Assembly: GCF_007748075.1 (NCBI RefSeq)
Contig: NZ_CP036280.1
Coordinates: 1,200,001-1,232,000, forward strand
Direction of reading: 5' to 3'
Source: Mucisphaera calidilacus
Lineage (GTDB): Bacteria; Planctomycetota; Phycisphaerae; Phycisphaerales; Phycisphaeraceae
Length of the DNA stretch: 32,000 nt
Positions 1 to 9,252 of this stretch are shown piece after piece. Under the pieces are notes generated by a model. That model had not been told where the DNA came from and ran no database searches. It worked only from the letters and a program-made list of their open reading frames with translations. Position 1 is the stretch's first letter, and each line of letters begins with the position of its first letter. The translations under genes and the position numbers were made by a program.

Positions 1-1257
1 GATGTCGGTGAGGTCGTTTTCACTGAGGGAGCCGCGGCGGAAGATTTCGTTGTCGTCGGTGTTGCTGTAGCGGACTTTTCCGTCGCCGTCGTCGAGCCAG
101 AGGATGAGTCCGGTGCGTTGCCAGTTGCGGAACCAGTGGGGTATTTCGGAGGCGACGGTGGTGCCTGCGGCGGCGTTGCGGTGGAGGTAGATGGTGCGTC
201 CGTTGTCGGTGGTGATTCGGTCGATGCCTTGCTGGTAGAGGTTGTCGTGGTCGGTTGCGTGTGTGGCGGTATCGGCGACGGCCTGGCGGCCGTTGATGGA
301 CTCGATCATGTAGTAGCGTGCGAAGGAGGCGACGGCGGGTGCGGTGAGGTAGAGCAGGGCGATGAAGAAGAGTGCGTAGAAGCCGGACCAGCGGGCGGCG
401 GCGACGTTCTTGACGGTGTAGAAGCGGACGATGACGTGGGGGAGGCCGGCGGTGCCGCACATGAGGGCGAGGGTGACGCAGGCGACGTTGAGCATGTTCC
501 ATGGGGAACCCTCGACGAAGGGCTGGGTGTAGCTGGCGAATCCGAGTTCGTCGTGGAGTTGGTTGAGGCGCTCGAGGAGGGAGATGCCGGAGGGGTTGTT
601 GTTGGTGTCGAGGAGTTCGCTGCCGAGGCCGAGTTGTGGGATGGGGTTTCCGGTGAGCTGGATGGAGATGGCGATGGCGGGGATGAGGAAGGCGGTGATG
701 AGGACCCAGTACTGGGCGACCTGGGTCCAGGTGATGCCTTTCATGCCGCCGAGGATGGCGTAGACGAGGACGATGGTCATGCCGATGTAGACGCCTACGG
801 AGACGTCGACTTCGAGGAATCGTGAGAAGACGACGCCGACGCCACGCATCTGCCCGGCGACGTAGGTGAAGCTGACGAAGATCGCGCAGACGACGGCGAC
901 GATTCGCGCGGTGGAGGAGTTGTAGCGGTCGCCGATGAAGTCGGGGACGGTGTAGCGGCCGAACTTGCGGAGGTAAGGGGCGAGCATGAGTGCGAGGAGG
1001 ACGTATCCGCCAGTCCATCCCATGAGGTAGACGCCCCCTGCGTAGCCGAGCGTGGAGATGATGCCGGCCATGGAGATGAAGGAGGCGGCGGACATCCAGT
1101 CGGCGGCGGTTGCCATGCCGTTGGCGGCTGCGGGGACGCCCTGTCCGGCGACGTAGAAGCCCTTGGTGTCGCGGACGCGGCTGATCCAGGCGATGGCGAG
1201 GTAGAGGGCGAAGCTGAGTCCGACGAGTAGGAAGGTCCAGAGTCTGACGGGGTTCAT
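1..1257 (-). CDS. Sodium:solute symporter (SSS family, VC_2705-type), N-terminal 419 codons; gene continues past the window start
   Basis: This frame is absent from the supplied ORF track because it has no stop inside the window. My own translation from the ATG at 1257-1255 reads MNPVRLWTFLLVGLSFALYLAIAWISRVRDTKGFYVAGQGVPAAANGMATAADWMSAASFISMAGI...GGMKGITWTQVAQYWVL, which is SSS-like. GAGGAG lies 7 nt upstream. The gene starts 11 nt after the DUF4212 partner gene and uses C-ending codons like other minus-strand genes here. Confidence 0.85.
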   Translation of the reverse strand, partial: MNPVRLWTFLLVGLSFALYLAIAWISRVRDTKGFYVAGQGVPAAANGMATAADWMSAASFISMAGIISTLGYAGGVYLMGWTGGYVLLALMLAPYLRKFGRYTVPDFIGDRYNSSTARIVAVVCAIFVSFTYVAGQMRGVGVVFSRFLEVDVSVGVYIGMTIVLVYAILGGMKGITWTQVAQYWVLITAFLIPAIAISIQLTGNPIPQLGLGSELLDTNNNPSGISLLERLNQLHDELGFASYTQPFVEGSPWNMLNVACVTLALMCGTAGLPHVIVRFYTVKNVAAARWSGFYALFFIALLYLTAPAVASFARYYMIESINGRQAVADTATHATDHDNLYQQGIDRITTDNGRTIYLHRNAAAGTTVASEIPHWFRNWQRTGLILWLDDGDGKVRYSNTDDNEIFRRGSLSENDLTDI

Positions 1258-1268
1258 TCAGCGGCTCC

Positions 1269-1565
1269 TCACGGTGTTTGGGCGGGTTGTGAGGAGGCGA
1301 CTTGATCGTGGTACCACCGGTCGAGGCGGTTCATGAGCAGGGCGTAGGCGAGGATGATGATGACGAAGGTGGCGATGCTGCCCTGCTGGGCGAACCAGAA
1401 CCCGAGGGGTATGCCGAAGGGCTCGTAGGTGTTGAGGTAGGGGGCGGCGGCGATGCCGAGGCCGAAGCTGACGGCGGCCCAGAGCGTGAGCAGAGCGCCC
1501 ATGTAGGCGAGGTTCCAGCGCCAGTAGGCGTTCCTGGCGCTGTGGTCGGTTGGCGGGTGGGTCAT
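1269..1565 (-). CDS. DUF4212-type small membrane protein (accessory subunit of VC_2705-type symporters)
   Basis: 98-aa ORF with two hydrophobic helices (LAYMGALLTLWAAVSFGLGIAA and GSIATFVIIILAYALLM). It lies directly upstream of the symporter on the same strand, which is the characteristic pairing for this family. Confidence 0.85.
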   Translation of the reverse strand: MTHPPTDHSARNAYWRWNLAYMGALLTLWAAVSFGLGIAAAPYLNTYEPFGIPLGFWFAQQGSIATFVIIILAYALLMNRLDRWYHDQVASSQPAQTP

Positions 1566-1649
1566 GTGCGAGCCTGCTTTCGTGAATCTTGTGATGCACG
1601 GACAGGCTAAGCGTCGCGGAAAATCGGAGCAAGTGGTTTTATGACGTGG

Positions 1650-2126
1650 TCACTGGCTGGCCTGCGAGGGTTCGGCTTCGTCTTTTTTTTGGGGTGTGGC
1701 GGCGAACTGTTGGACGATGGTTCCCTGGCGGCTTTCGATGGTGATCTGGTATCGGCCGTCGGGTTCGAGCGGTTTGGGTCGGACGTCGTGTCGCATGCCG
1801 CGTGCGCGTTGACCGTACATGAAAGCCTGGATGTCGCGGTAATCGGCGCCGCGTGGGATGGATCGCCAGATGGGGTCGGCCTCGAGTCCAAAAAGCGGCT
1901 GGAACCATTCGCCGTCGTCGTTTTTTTCGAGGCGGTGTACCTCTATCATGGAGACCTGGCAGGTTTGATTGAGGCCGAAGAGGATGTCGGCGGCGGCTTT
2001 GGGTCGGGGTGATGTGTGCTTGATGACGAGTTGGACGCTGTCGCCGCCCCAGGAGACCCCGAACAGGAGCCAGGCGAGGATGAGTGTGATGCAGATTCCG
2101 ATGAGCCAGCCAGTGCGGTTTGTCAT
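1650..2126 (-). CDS. Hypothetical N-terminally anchored membrane/periplasmic protein
   Basis: 158-aa ORF with an N-terminal hydrophobic anchor (WLIGICITLILAWLLFGV). Codon style is C-ending, matching native minus-strand genes. No domain recognised. Confidence 0.55.
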   Translation of the reverse strand: MTNRTGWLIGICITLILAWLLFGVSWGGDSVQLVIKHTSPRPKAAADILFGLNQTCQVSMIEVHRLEKNDDGEWFQPLFGLEADPIWRSIPRGADYRDIQAFMYGQRARGMRHDVRPKPLEPDGRYQITIESRQGTIVQQFAATPQKKDEAEPSQASQ

Positions 2127-2835
2127 AAGAGGCCCTCTCCGTTACGGCTTTACGCTGATCGAGTTGCTTGTTGTGATATCGATCATAGCGTTGTTGATCG
2201 GGATTCTGTTGCCGAGTCTGTCGAGTGCCCGCGACGTGGCTCGTCGGCTCCAGTGCGGGACGCGGATCCGGACGCTGGGGCTGTCGCTGGAGTTGTACGC
2301 CCAGGACAACAAGGCGTACTACCCGCCTCGCGTGGTGGGGCCGGGCCAGCGTTGGCCAGTGCTGCTGTCGGAGTATTACGAGGTTCCTGACATGCTGGTT
2401 TGTCCGGCGGATGAATTTGAGCCGGGTATGGATGATGAGGGTAACGACACGTCGGATTTTGACGACATGCTCCGGAGTTACCTGATCAACGGATTCAACG
2501 ACATCGCGGTCGAGCGTGAGGGTGATCCGGGTGCCTGGAACTGGCCGAACTCGGTGGTCCGGCAGGCTGAGATCCCGAGTCCGGGGATCGTGATCATGTT
2601 TGGTGAGAAGCGTCAGGACGTGTTCCCGCACTTCTATATGGACATGCTGGAGCAGAACGGGAATGACCTGGACGTGGTGAACCACTCGCGGCATGGGGAT
2701 GCGTCGCGGAATCAAGGCGGGTCGTACTACGCGTTTGGTGACGGGTCGTCGCGGTTCCTGCCCTTTCCGGAGGCGTTGTCGCCGATCAACCAGTGGGCGA
2801 CGGTGAAGTCGTACCGTGAGGTGGCGATCGAGTAG
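2101..2835 (+). CDS. Prepilin-type N-terminal cleavage/methylation domain protein (DUF1559-like, type II pseudopilin-like)
   Basis: Contains the leader and cleavage motif RYG/FTLIELLVVISIIALLIGILLPSL. The C-terminal ...HSRHGDASRNQGGSYYAFGDGSSRFL resembles the H-x(n)-DG tail of planctomycete DUF1559 proteins. I placed the start at the ATG at 2101 (MSQPVRFVIRGPLRYG leader). The track ORF begins at 1969, but that would give an implausibly long leader. Confidence 0.8.
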   Translation: MSQPVRFVIRGPLRYGFTLIELLVVISIIALLIGILLPSLSSARDVARRLQCGTRIRTLGLSLELYAQDNKAYYPPRVVGPGQRWPVLLSEYYEVPDMLVCPADEFEPGMDDEGNDTSDFDDMLRSYLINGFNDIAVEREGDPGAWNWPNSVVRQAEIPSPGIVIMFGEKRQDVFPHFYMDMLEQNGNDLDVVNHSRHGDASRNQGGSYYAFGDGSSRFLPFPEALSPINQWATVKSYREVAIE

Positions 2836-2885
2836 GTTTGGGTCTCGGGTGGGAATAAAGCGGGTGGCTGCTCTATGGTTGTGGT

Positions 2886-4037
2886 ATGGGAAAGCGAATG
2901 CTTGTCGGAACGTTCTGTGTTGTCTTCATGATGCTGGTGGCGGGCTGTGTCGAGGGGGAGTCGGGTCCGCAGTCCATGTCTGAGAGGAATGAGGCTATGG
3001 CTTCAACGGTGATGGTGCGTGTGTTCAACAAGGATGGTGAGTTGGTGGGTCCGGTGTCTTCGGACCGGGTTGTGAAGTCGGATGAGCAGTGGGCGTCAGA
3101 GTTGCCGAGGCAGGTGTATGAGGTGACGCGTCGGGACGGTACCGAGCGGGCGGGGACGGGCGAGCTTCTGAACAACAAGGCGGAGGGCGTGTACAGCTGT
3201 GCCTGCTGCGGGCTGCCCCTGTTCCGGTCGGAGGCGAAGTATGAGAGCGGGACGGGCTGGCCGAGTTTCTACGAGCCGATTGCGGCGGAGAACGTTGTTG
3301 ACAAGAAGGACACGTCGCACGGGATGGTGCGGGTGGAGAACGAGTGTGCGCGCTGCGGGGCGCATCTGGGGCACGTGTTCCCGGACGGTCCGCGGCCCAC
3401 GGGGCTGCGTTACTGCATGAACTCGGTGTCGCTGGTGTTCACGCCTGCGGATGAGCTTGGGTCGCTGGCCGATCCTGCGGCGGAGGCACCGTTGCTGAGA
3501 TCGGCGGTGTTCGCGGGTGGCTGCTTCTGGTGCACGGAGGCGGTGTACGAGCAGCTGGAGGGCGTGCACGAGGTGGTGTCGGGGTATGCGGGCGGTGAGG
3601 CTCGGACGGCGAACTACGCGCAGGTGTCGGCGGGGCGTACCGATCACGCGGAGGTGATCCGGATTACGTATGACCCGGCGGTGATTGATTACGCGATGCT
3701 GCTGGAGGTGTTCTTCACGGTGGCGCACGACCCGACGCAGCTGAATCGTCAGGGTCCGGACGTGGGGCGTCAGTATCGTTCGGCGGTTTTCTACCAGTCG
3801 GAGGAGGAGCGGGCGCGGGTTGAGGCGTACATCGAGGAGCTAGAAGCGTCGGGGCGTTTTGGTGATCCGATCGTGACGACGCTGGAGCCGCTGGAGCAGT
3901 TTTATGCGGCGGAGGCGTATCACCAGGATTTCGTAGAGCAGAACCCGATGCAGCCTTACGTTCGTCAGCAGGCGTTGCCGAAGGTGGACAAGGTTCGTCG
4001 GAAGTATGAGTCGCGTCTGAAGGGCGTGGGTCAGTAG
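2886..4037 (+). CDS. msrAB: Bifunctional peptide-methionine sulfoxide reductase, MsrB-MsrA fusion, predicted lipoprotein
   Basis: Has a lipobox (MMLVAGC). The MsrB part has two CxxC pairs (CACCG, CARCG) and the GLRYCMNS catalytic motif. The MsrA part has [13 protein letters not shown] and HAEV motifs. Confidence 0.92.
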   Translation: MGKRMLVGTFCVVFMMLVAGCVEGESGPQSMSERNEAMASTVMVRVFNKDGELVGPVSSDRVVKSDEQWASELPRQVYEVTRRDGTERAGTGELLNNKAEGVYSCACCGLPLFRSEAKYESGTGWPSFYEPIAAENVVDKKDTSHGMVRVENECARCGAHLGHVFPDGPRPTGLRYCMNSVSLVFTPADELGSLADPAAEAPLLRSAVFAGGCFWCTEAVYEQLEGVHEVVSGYAGGEARTANYAQVSAGRTDHAEVIRITYDPAVIDYAMLLEVFFTVAHDPTQLNRQGPDVGRQYRSAVFYQSEEERARVEAYIEELEASGRFGDPIVTTLEPLEQFYAAEAYHQDFVEQNPMQPYVRQQALPKVDKVRRKYESRLKGVGQ

Positions 4038-5092
4038 CTGGTTTCGTCGATGGTGACCTTGCCGCGGAAGGTCCAGTAGATGATGGCGGTGTAGGCGATC
4101 ACGCAGGGCATGCCGACGACGGCGATGATGAGCATGATGGCGAGGGTCTTGACGCTGCTGGCGGCGTTCATGATGGTGAGCGAGTTGGCGGGGTTGTTGC
4201 TGGCGGGGACGAGGTAGGGGAAGAGCGCGGTGATGAAGAGGAAGACGAAGGCGGCGATCATGCAGGCGGAGCTGATGAAGGCGTAGCCTTCGTTGCGTTG
4301 GTTGATGGCGCGGGGGATGTTGAGGATGGCGAGGAGGTTGAGGACGGGGACGGCCCAGAGGATGGGGTAGTTGAAGAAGGTTTCGGTGGCGTGGGGTAGG
4401 TTGAAGAAGGTCCAGCCGGACATGATGGTGTAGAAGGCGACGAAGACGAAGAACATGCGCCACATGACGGGTCGTAGTGATTCCTGGAAGTCGCCTTCGG
4501 TCTTGAGGTAGAGGTAGATGGATCCGTGGAGTGCGAAGGCGAAGACGCCCATGATGCCGACGAGTATGGCGTAGGGGTTGAGGAGTCCGAGGAAGGTTCC
4601 GGCGAATTCGTGGTTGGGGTCGAGGGGGATGCCGAGCATCATGTTACCGACGGCGACGCCGTAGAGGAACGTGGCGAGGAGTGAGCCGAGGAAGAAGAGC
4701 ATGTCCCAGAGGGTTCGCCATCGTCCGGAGCCGATCTTGCTGCGGAATTCGAGGCTGACGGCTCGGAGGATGAGTGCGGCGAGCAGGAGCATGAGGGCGT
4801 TGTAGAAGCCGGAGAAGACGGTGGAGTAGGCCTCGGGGAAGGCGGCGAAGAGCGCGCCGCCGAAGGTGATGAGCCAGACCTCGTTGCCGTCCCAGAGGGG
4901 CCCGATGGAGTTCATGACGATGCGTCGGTTGAGGTCGTTGCGTGCGACGAAGGGGTGGAGGATGCCGACGCCCAGGTCGAACCCGTCGAGGATGGCGTAG
5001 CCGGTGAGGAGGACGGCGAGGAGGATGTACCAGATGTAGGCGAGTGCCTCGTGGGTGGTGACGGCGAGGAGGAGGGTGTTATCGATGGTCAT
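4031..5092 (-). CDS. cydB: Cytochrome bd ubiquinol oxidase subunit II
   Basis: N-terminus is [24 protein letters not shown] and the protein has multiple TM helices. ATGA start/stop overlap with cydA. Confidence 0.93.
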   Translation of the reverse strand: MTIDNTLLLAVTTHEALAYIWYILLAVLLTGYAILDGFDLGVGILHPFVARNDLNRRIVMNSIGPLWDGNEVWLITFGGALFAAFPEAYSTVFSGFYNALMLLLAALILRAVSLEFRSKIGSGRWRTLWDMLFFLGSLLATFLYGVAVGNMMLGIPLDPNHEFAGTFLGLLNPYAILVGIMGVFAFALHGSIYLYLKTEGDFQESLRPVMWRMFFVFVAFYTIMSGWTFFNLPHATETFFNYPILWAVPVLNLLAILNIPRAINQRNEGYAFISSACMIAAFVFLFITALFPYLVPASNNPANSLTIMNAASSVKTLAIMLIIAVVGMPCVIAYTAIIYWTFRGKVTIDETSY

Positions 5093-6714
5093 GCCTTGGG
5101 CTCCTCATCGGACGAGACGCGTGGGAGGTTGGCGTTGGCGAGACCGGGTTTGGTCTGGTGTCCCTTGAAGACGTCGAAGAGTCCGCCGGTGGATTCGCCG
5201 AAGCCCTCGTCGGGTGGTTCGGGTCCGGCCTGGATCTTTCGGTTGAGGACGTAGAGCCAGATGGCGCCGAGGAGGAGGTAGATGACGAGGAACATGATGA
5301 TGGAGAAGAGGACCTGTTCGGCGGCGACGACCTTGCTGACGCCGTCGTCGGTCCGGAGTCCGGCGATGCGTGAGCCGTCGTCGGTGCGTTCGTAGCGGAT
5401 GTAGCCGTCGGGGTCGCGGAGGGGTGTTCCCTGTGCGTCGCGTTCGATGGTGGGGTGTACGATCCAGGGTTGTCGCCCGACCTCGGCGGCGATCCAGCCG
5501 GCCTGGTTGGCGACGACGGCGGGGAGGACGGAGATGACGAAGAGCCACATGAGCCATCGGCTCTCGTAGAGGTTGCCGCGGTAGAGCCGCCAGCAGCTGT
5601 AGAGTCCGAGGATGACGAAGAAGACGCCTGCGCCGAGCATCATGCGGTAGGTGAAGAAGGGGATGATGACGGGAGGGCGGTGTTCGGGTCGGAATTCGTT
5701 GAGGCCGAGGACGGGTTCGTTGAAGTCTTCGTGGACGAGGAAGCTGAGGAGCCCGGGGATCTCGATGTTCCAGGCCCAGTTCTGGTTTTCGACGTCGGGC
5801 CATCCGATGATCTGGAGTTCGGCGTTGGTTTCGGTTTCGAAGAGTCCCTCGAAGGCGGCGAGCTTGGCGGGCTGGTAGTGGTAGACGTTCTGGGCCTGGA
5901 AGTGTCCTGAGATGGCGATGGCGACGGAGCTTACGGTGGCGAGGATGAGGGCGCCGGCGAAGCTGCGTCGTGCGAAGTCGACGTGCTTGTTTTTGAGGAT
6001 GTACCAGGCGCAGATGCTGAGGATGAAGAAGGCGCCCATGATGAAGCAGCCGAGGAGGACGTGGGTGAGTCGGTGTGCGGTGGAGGGGTTGAGGACCATG
6101 GCCCAGAAGTCGGTGACCTCGGCGCGCATGACGGGCGTGCCGTCGATGACCCAGGGTTCGGTGATGATGCTGCCGGCGTCGTCGCGCATGACGTGGCCGT
6201 TTTCGTCGAGGACGTTGCGCATCATGGGGACGACGTGGCTGCCGGCGGGCGTCTGCTGCCAGGAGTTGGCGACGACGATCCAGATGCTGGAGAAGATGGA
6301 TCCGAGGGCGACCATGAGGGTGCTGAAGAAGTGCATCTTCGGGCCGACGCGGTTCCATCCGAAGACGAGGACGGCGAGGAATCCGGATTCGAGGAAGAAG
6401 GCGAAGATGCCCTCGGCGGCGAGCGCGGAGCCGAAGACGTCGCCGACGAAACGGGAGTAGGCGGCCCAGTTGGTGCCGAACTGGAACTCCATGACGATGC
6501 CTGAGGCGACGCCGATGGCGAAGTTGAGGGCGAAGACGCGCGTCCAGAACTTCTGCGCCTGTCGGTAGGCGGGGTCCTTGGTTCGGAGATACATCCCGCC
6601 GAGGTAGACCAGCACCACGCCCATGCCGATGGTGAGCGGCGGGAAGAGGTAGTGGAACATGATGGTGAGGGCGAACTGGATGCGTGAGAGCAGGACGACG
6701 TCGAGAAAATCCAT
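5089..6714 (-). CDS. cydA: Cytochrome bd ubiquinol oxidase subunit I
   Basis: Contains [32 protein letters not shown], a Q-loop region and the hallmark [11 protein letters not shown] motif. There is a roughly 50-aa hydrophilic C-terminal tail. Confidence 0.95.
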   Translation of the reverse strand: MDFLDVVLLSRIQFALTIMFHYLFPPLTIGMGVVLVYLGGMYLRTKDPAYRQAQKFWTRVFALNFAIGVASGIVMEFQFGTNWAAYSRFVGDVFGSALAAEGIFAFFLESGFLAVLVFGWNRVGPKMHFFSTLMVALGSIFSSIWIVVANSWQQTPAGSHVVPMMRNVLDENGHVMRDDAGSIITEPWVIDGTPVMRAEVTDFWAMVLNPSTAHRLTHVLLGCFIMGAFFILSICAWYILKNKHVDFARRSFAGALILATVSSVAIAISGHFQAQNVYHYQPAKLAAFEGLFETETNAELQIIGWPDVENQNWAWNIEIPGLLSFLVHEDFNEPVLGLNEFRPEHRPPVIIPFFTYRMMLGAGVFFVILGLYSCWRLYRGNLYESRWLMWLFVISVLPAVVANQAGWIAAEVGRQPWIVHPTIERDAQGTPLRDPDGYIRYERTDDGSRIAGLRTDDGVSKVVAAEQVLFSIIMFLVIYLLLGAIWLYVLNRKIQAGPEPPDEGFGESTGGLFDVFKGHQTKPGLANANLPRVSSDEEPKA

Positions 6715-6734
6715 GGTGATTCTCCGGGGTCGCG

Positions 6735-6756
6735 TGGCGCGGTCGTGGTAGCGCCA
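6735..6756. promoter_or_regulatory. 6-bp inverted repeat TGGCGC-N10-GCGCCA in the divergent cydA / SOUL-like intergenic region
   Basis: Read directly from the sequence at 6735-6740 and 6751-6756. Short, so it could be chance. Confidence 0.2.
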
Positions 6757-6863
6757 TCACCGACAGCCGCTATCAGGGTAATCGGATCGTGTCATCGTGC
6801 AAGGCGATCGTCTGGTCGCGAGGCGGCGACGGGCCTATGAATTGCTGTTGCTTAAGGAGACTG

Positions 6864-7655
6864 ATGATGACCGTGTTGCGATGGTTCTGTGGTGTGGCGA
6901 TGTGCCTGATGATGTTGGTGTTCCCGGGCTGCGTGCGTGCGGAGATCGGTCCGGCGTCGGGTGCGGAGGCCGTGGTGGTGGAGCCGGTGACGGCGATGGA
7001 GGCGGGCGCGACGTCGCCCGGTGATTGGTCGGTGCTGCGTGTGGGCGGCGAGCCGGAGCACGAGCTGACGGTGATGCGGGGGACGACGAAGGGTGGTTCG
7101 TCGGCGGATTACTTTGAGAGCGGTCGTGCGCGGATTTCTGCGGCGCTGCCTGAGGGTTATGCGCGGCCGACGGTGCCGGGTGCGGTGGAGTTGAAGCGTT
7201 ACGCGTCGTATCGGCAGGCGTTGCTGACGTCGGAGGGGCGTGGGCAGTCGGGGATGTTCTGGCCGCTGTTCCGGCACATCAGCAGTCGTGATATCGCGAT
7301 GACGGCGCCGGTGGTGATGACGGGTCGGATGGCGGGTGACGAGGCGTCGGAGACGTCGATGGCGTTTTTGTATCGCGAGCCTGAGTTGGGGCCGACGGGT
7401 GCGATGGAGGATGGCGTGGTGGTGGAGGATGTTGCGCCGACGTACGTGCTGTCGGTTGGCGTGATGGGCGGGCGGGACGACGAGCGTTTCGATGCGTTGC
7501 GTGGTCAGCTGGAGGCGTGGCTTGCAGCGCAGGGCGAGGGAGGCCGCTGGGTGGTGGACGGTGAGGTGCGATTGCTGGGTTACAACGGTCCGGACGTCGC
7601 GCGGCGTTACAAGTGGTGGGAGCTTCAGCTACCGGTTCGCTGGGAGGCTGAGTGA
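6864..7655 (+). CDS. SOUL/HEBP-family haem-binding-like protein, secreted
   Basis: MFWPLFRHISSRDIAMTAPVVMT matches the SOUL-family (F/L)FxYIxG...IxMTAPV signature. Has an N-terminal signal-like segment (VLRWFCGVAMCLMMLVFPGCVRA). I chose the start at ATG 6864 because AAGGAG lies at 6854-6859; the track ORF starts at GTG 6789. Confidence 0.72.
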   Translation: MMTVLRWFCGVAMCLMMLVFPGCVRAEIGPASGAEAVVVEPVTAMEAGATSPGDWSVLRVGGEPEHELTVMRGTTKGGSSADYFESGRARISAALPEGYARPTVPGAVELKRYASYRQALLTSEGRGQSGMFWPLFRHISSRDIAMTAPVVMTGRMAGDEASETSMAFLYREPELGPTGAMEDGVVVEDVAPTYVLSVGVMGGRDDERFDALRGQLEAWLAAQGEGGRWVVDGEVRLLGYNGPDVARRYKWWELQLPVRWEAE

Positions 7656-9125
7656 TCCGCGGCTGCGTCGTGCGACGAGGGTGAGTGCGATCAAGCCGGT
7701 GAGGGTTGCGGCGGGTTCGGGCGCTGCGACGAGTGTGGGGGTTGCGCCGAAGTCGAAGTGGGTGGCGAGGATGGATAGGTCGCCGAGGCCTGTGAACCCG
7801 TTGGCGTTGAAGTTGCCCTCGGCCCAGCCGCGTCCGAATTGGTTGAAGTTTTCGGCGAGGCTGGAGAGGTCGAGCAGGTCGACGGTGCCGTCGAGGTTGG
7901 CGTCGCCCGGGGCGGTGCCGAGTATGCCGGTGATGAGGAAGTCGAGGTCGAGTCGGTCGACGGTGCCAGAGCCGTTGAGGTCGAAGATGGTTCCGGTGGA
8001 TCCGGTCTGGATGGCGGTGGAGAGCAGGTCGATGTCGCGGGCGTCGATCTGTCCGTCCTGATCGATGTCGCCGACGAGGTTTCCGCTGAGGTCGGTGAGG
8101 ATGGCGGCGTGCATGTGTGCGGAGAGGGTTTCGATGCTGCTGAATCGTGTGGTGTCGGTGGCGAGTGTGAAGACAAGGCCTTGGGACTCGTCGATCCAGC
8201 TGTGGAATCCGCGTGCGCCGGCGGCGAGCGCGTCGACGCCTGGTGAGGCGTGGTTGAGCTGATCGAGCCATGTGCCGATGCCGTAGCGGTTGTTGTCGAC
8301 GGGTGATGAGGCGATGGGGGTGTCGTCGGTGGTGACGCGTGTGAGCATGGCGTCGACGGACTGAGGCGAGAGGATGCGAGCGCCGGAGGGTCGGTCGATG
8401 CCGTTGTTGAGGAGCATGTCCATGAACCGTGTGAAGTCGTCGGCGGTGGTGTCGATGCCGCCGGCGACGCGTGGGTTGGTCTCGCTGGATCGTGCGAAGG
8501 TGGTGTTGTCGAGGTCCATAGGCCGGGTGATGCGTCGTGCGAAGAGCTCGTTGAACTCGACGCCCGCGGCGATCTCGGCTGCTGCACCGGCGGCGTGCAT
8601 GGAGAGCCCGCCGTAGGCGAAGGCGGTGCCCGGCTCGGCGATGAGGGGCAGGTCGGCGATCTGGGCTGCGGCCTGCTGGAGGGTGATGTCGGGGTTGGCG
8701 AGAATAGGCGATGAAGCACCCTGGGCGGGGAGTCCGCTGGTGTGGCTGAAGGCCTGGCGGATGGTGATCTCGCGTTTGTCGGGGGTGTCGAAGGCGGGGA
8801 GCAGGTCGGCGAGGGTGGTATCGAGCGAGAAGGGCAGGACGCTGTACTGAGTGACCGACATGATCAGGGCGCCGCTCATGGTCTTGGTTGAACTGTCGGC
8901 GGCGGCGATCTGTCCCTGCTCCCAGTCGCCGAAGGCCTGGTGGTAGAGCGTTCGGCCGTGGCGGAGGACCTTGATCTCGAATCCGGGGACGTCCTGGTTG
9001 CCGGCGACGTTGAGGCCGGCGAGAGCGCCCTGGGCGAGGTTGGTGAGGGTGGGGAGCGTGTTGGCGTCGGCTGAGAGTGGGCAGAGGCAGAGCGCGGCGG
9101 CCAGGGCGGTGGTGCTGGTTTTCAT
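7629..9125 (-). CDS. Beta-lactamase-fold serine hydrolase with C-terminal dockerin-like repeats and PEP-CTERM sorting signal
   Basis: Has a signal peptide (MKTSTTALAAALCLCPLSADA), an SxxK motif (SSTK) and a FSHTSGLP motif. Ca-binding-type repeats follow (GDIDQDGQIDARDIDLL, DLNGSGTVDRLDLDFL, GDANLDGTVDLLDLSSL). The tail is VAAPEPAATLTGLIALTLVARRSR. Confidence 0.85.
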   Translation of the reverse strand: MKTSTTALAAALCLCPLSADANTLPTLTNLAQGALAGLNVAGNQDVPGFEIKVLRHGRTLYHQAFGDWEQGQIAAADSSTKTMSGALIMSVTQYSVLPFSLDTTLADLLPAFDTPDKREITIRQAFSHTSGLPAQGASSPILANPDITLQQAAAQIADLPLIAEPGTAFAYGGLSMHAAGAAAEIAAGVEFNELFARRITRPMDLDNTTFARSSETNPRVAGGIDTTADDFTRFMDMLLNNGIDRPSGARILSPQSVDAMLTRVTTDDTPIASSPVDNNRYGIGTWLDQLNHASPGVDALAAGARGFHSWIDESQGLVFTLATDTTRFSSIETLSAHMHAAILTDLSGNLVGDIDQDGQIDARDIDLLSTAIQTGSTGTIFDLNGSGTVDRLDLDFLITGILGTAPGDANLDGTVDLLDLSSLAENFNQFGRGWAEGNFNANGFTGLGDLSILATHFDFGATPTLVAAPEPAATLTGLIALTLVARRSRGSLSLPANR

Positions 9126-9196
9126 CTCTTGATCCTCGAGCGGTGAAGATTGACACGGGTCTGACGCGTGAGGAAGCGGGTTATTGCGGCGCGCAG

Positions 9197-9222
9197 GAAA
9201 AAAGCCGCGGGGATCGCGGCTT
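9197..9222 (-). terminator. Rho-independent terminator after the GH31 gene
   Basis: On the minus strand: AAGCCGCG-ATCCC-CGCGGCTT followed by a T-run. It lies about 30 nt downstream of the GH31 stop (9253). Confidence 0.6.
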
Positions 9223-9252
9223 GGGGTTGAAGTTGGGCGGTTTGTGTGACGT

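Noticed and set aside
20-1018. 332-aa Arg/Pro/His-rich ORF on the minus strand, and similar long ORFs in the track (5105-6760, 7279-9156, 9122-11302, 16011-16829, 16950-17918, 28583-30817)
   Set aside because: These are out-of-frame shadows of real genes on the same strand. Their extreme R/P/H/T composition comes from the C-rich minus strand, they have no recognisable motifs, and each is fully covered by a gene with clear family signatures.
2101-2126. 26-nt overlap of divergent start regions (prepilin-like gene versus the 1650-2126 gene)
   Set aside because: This is most likely start-codon ambiguity; a GTG at 2113 or a later start for either gene is possible. It is not a meaningful overlap and cannot be resolved from sequence alone.
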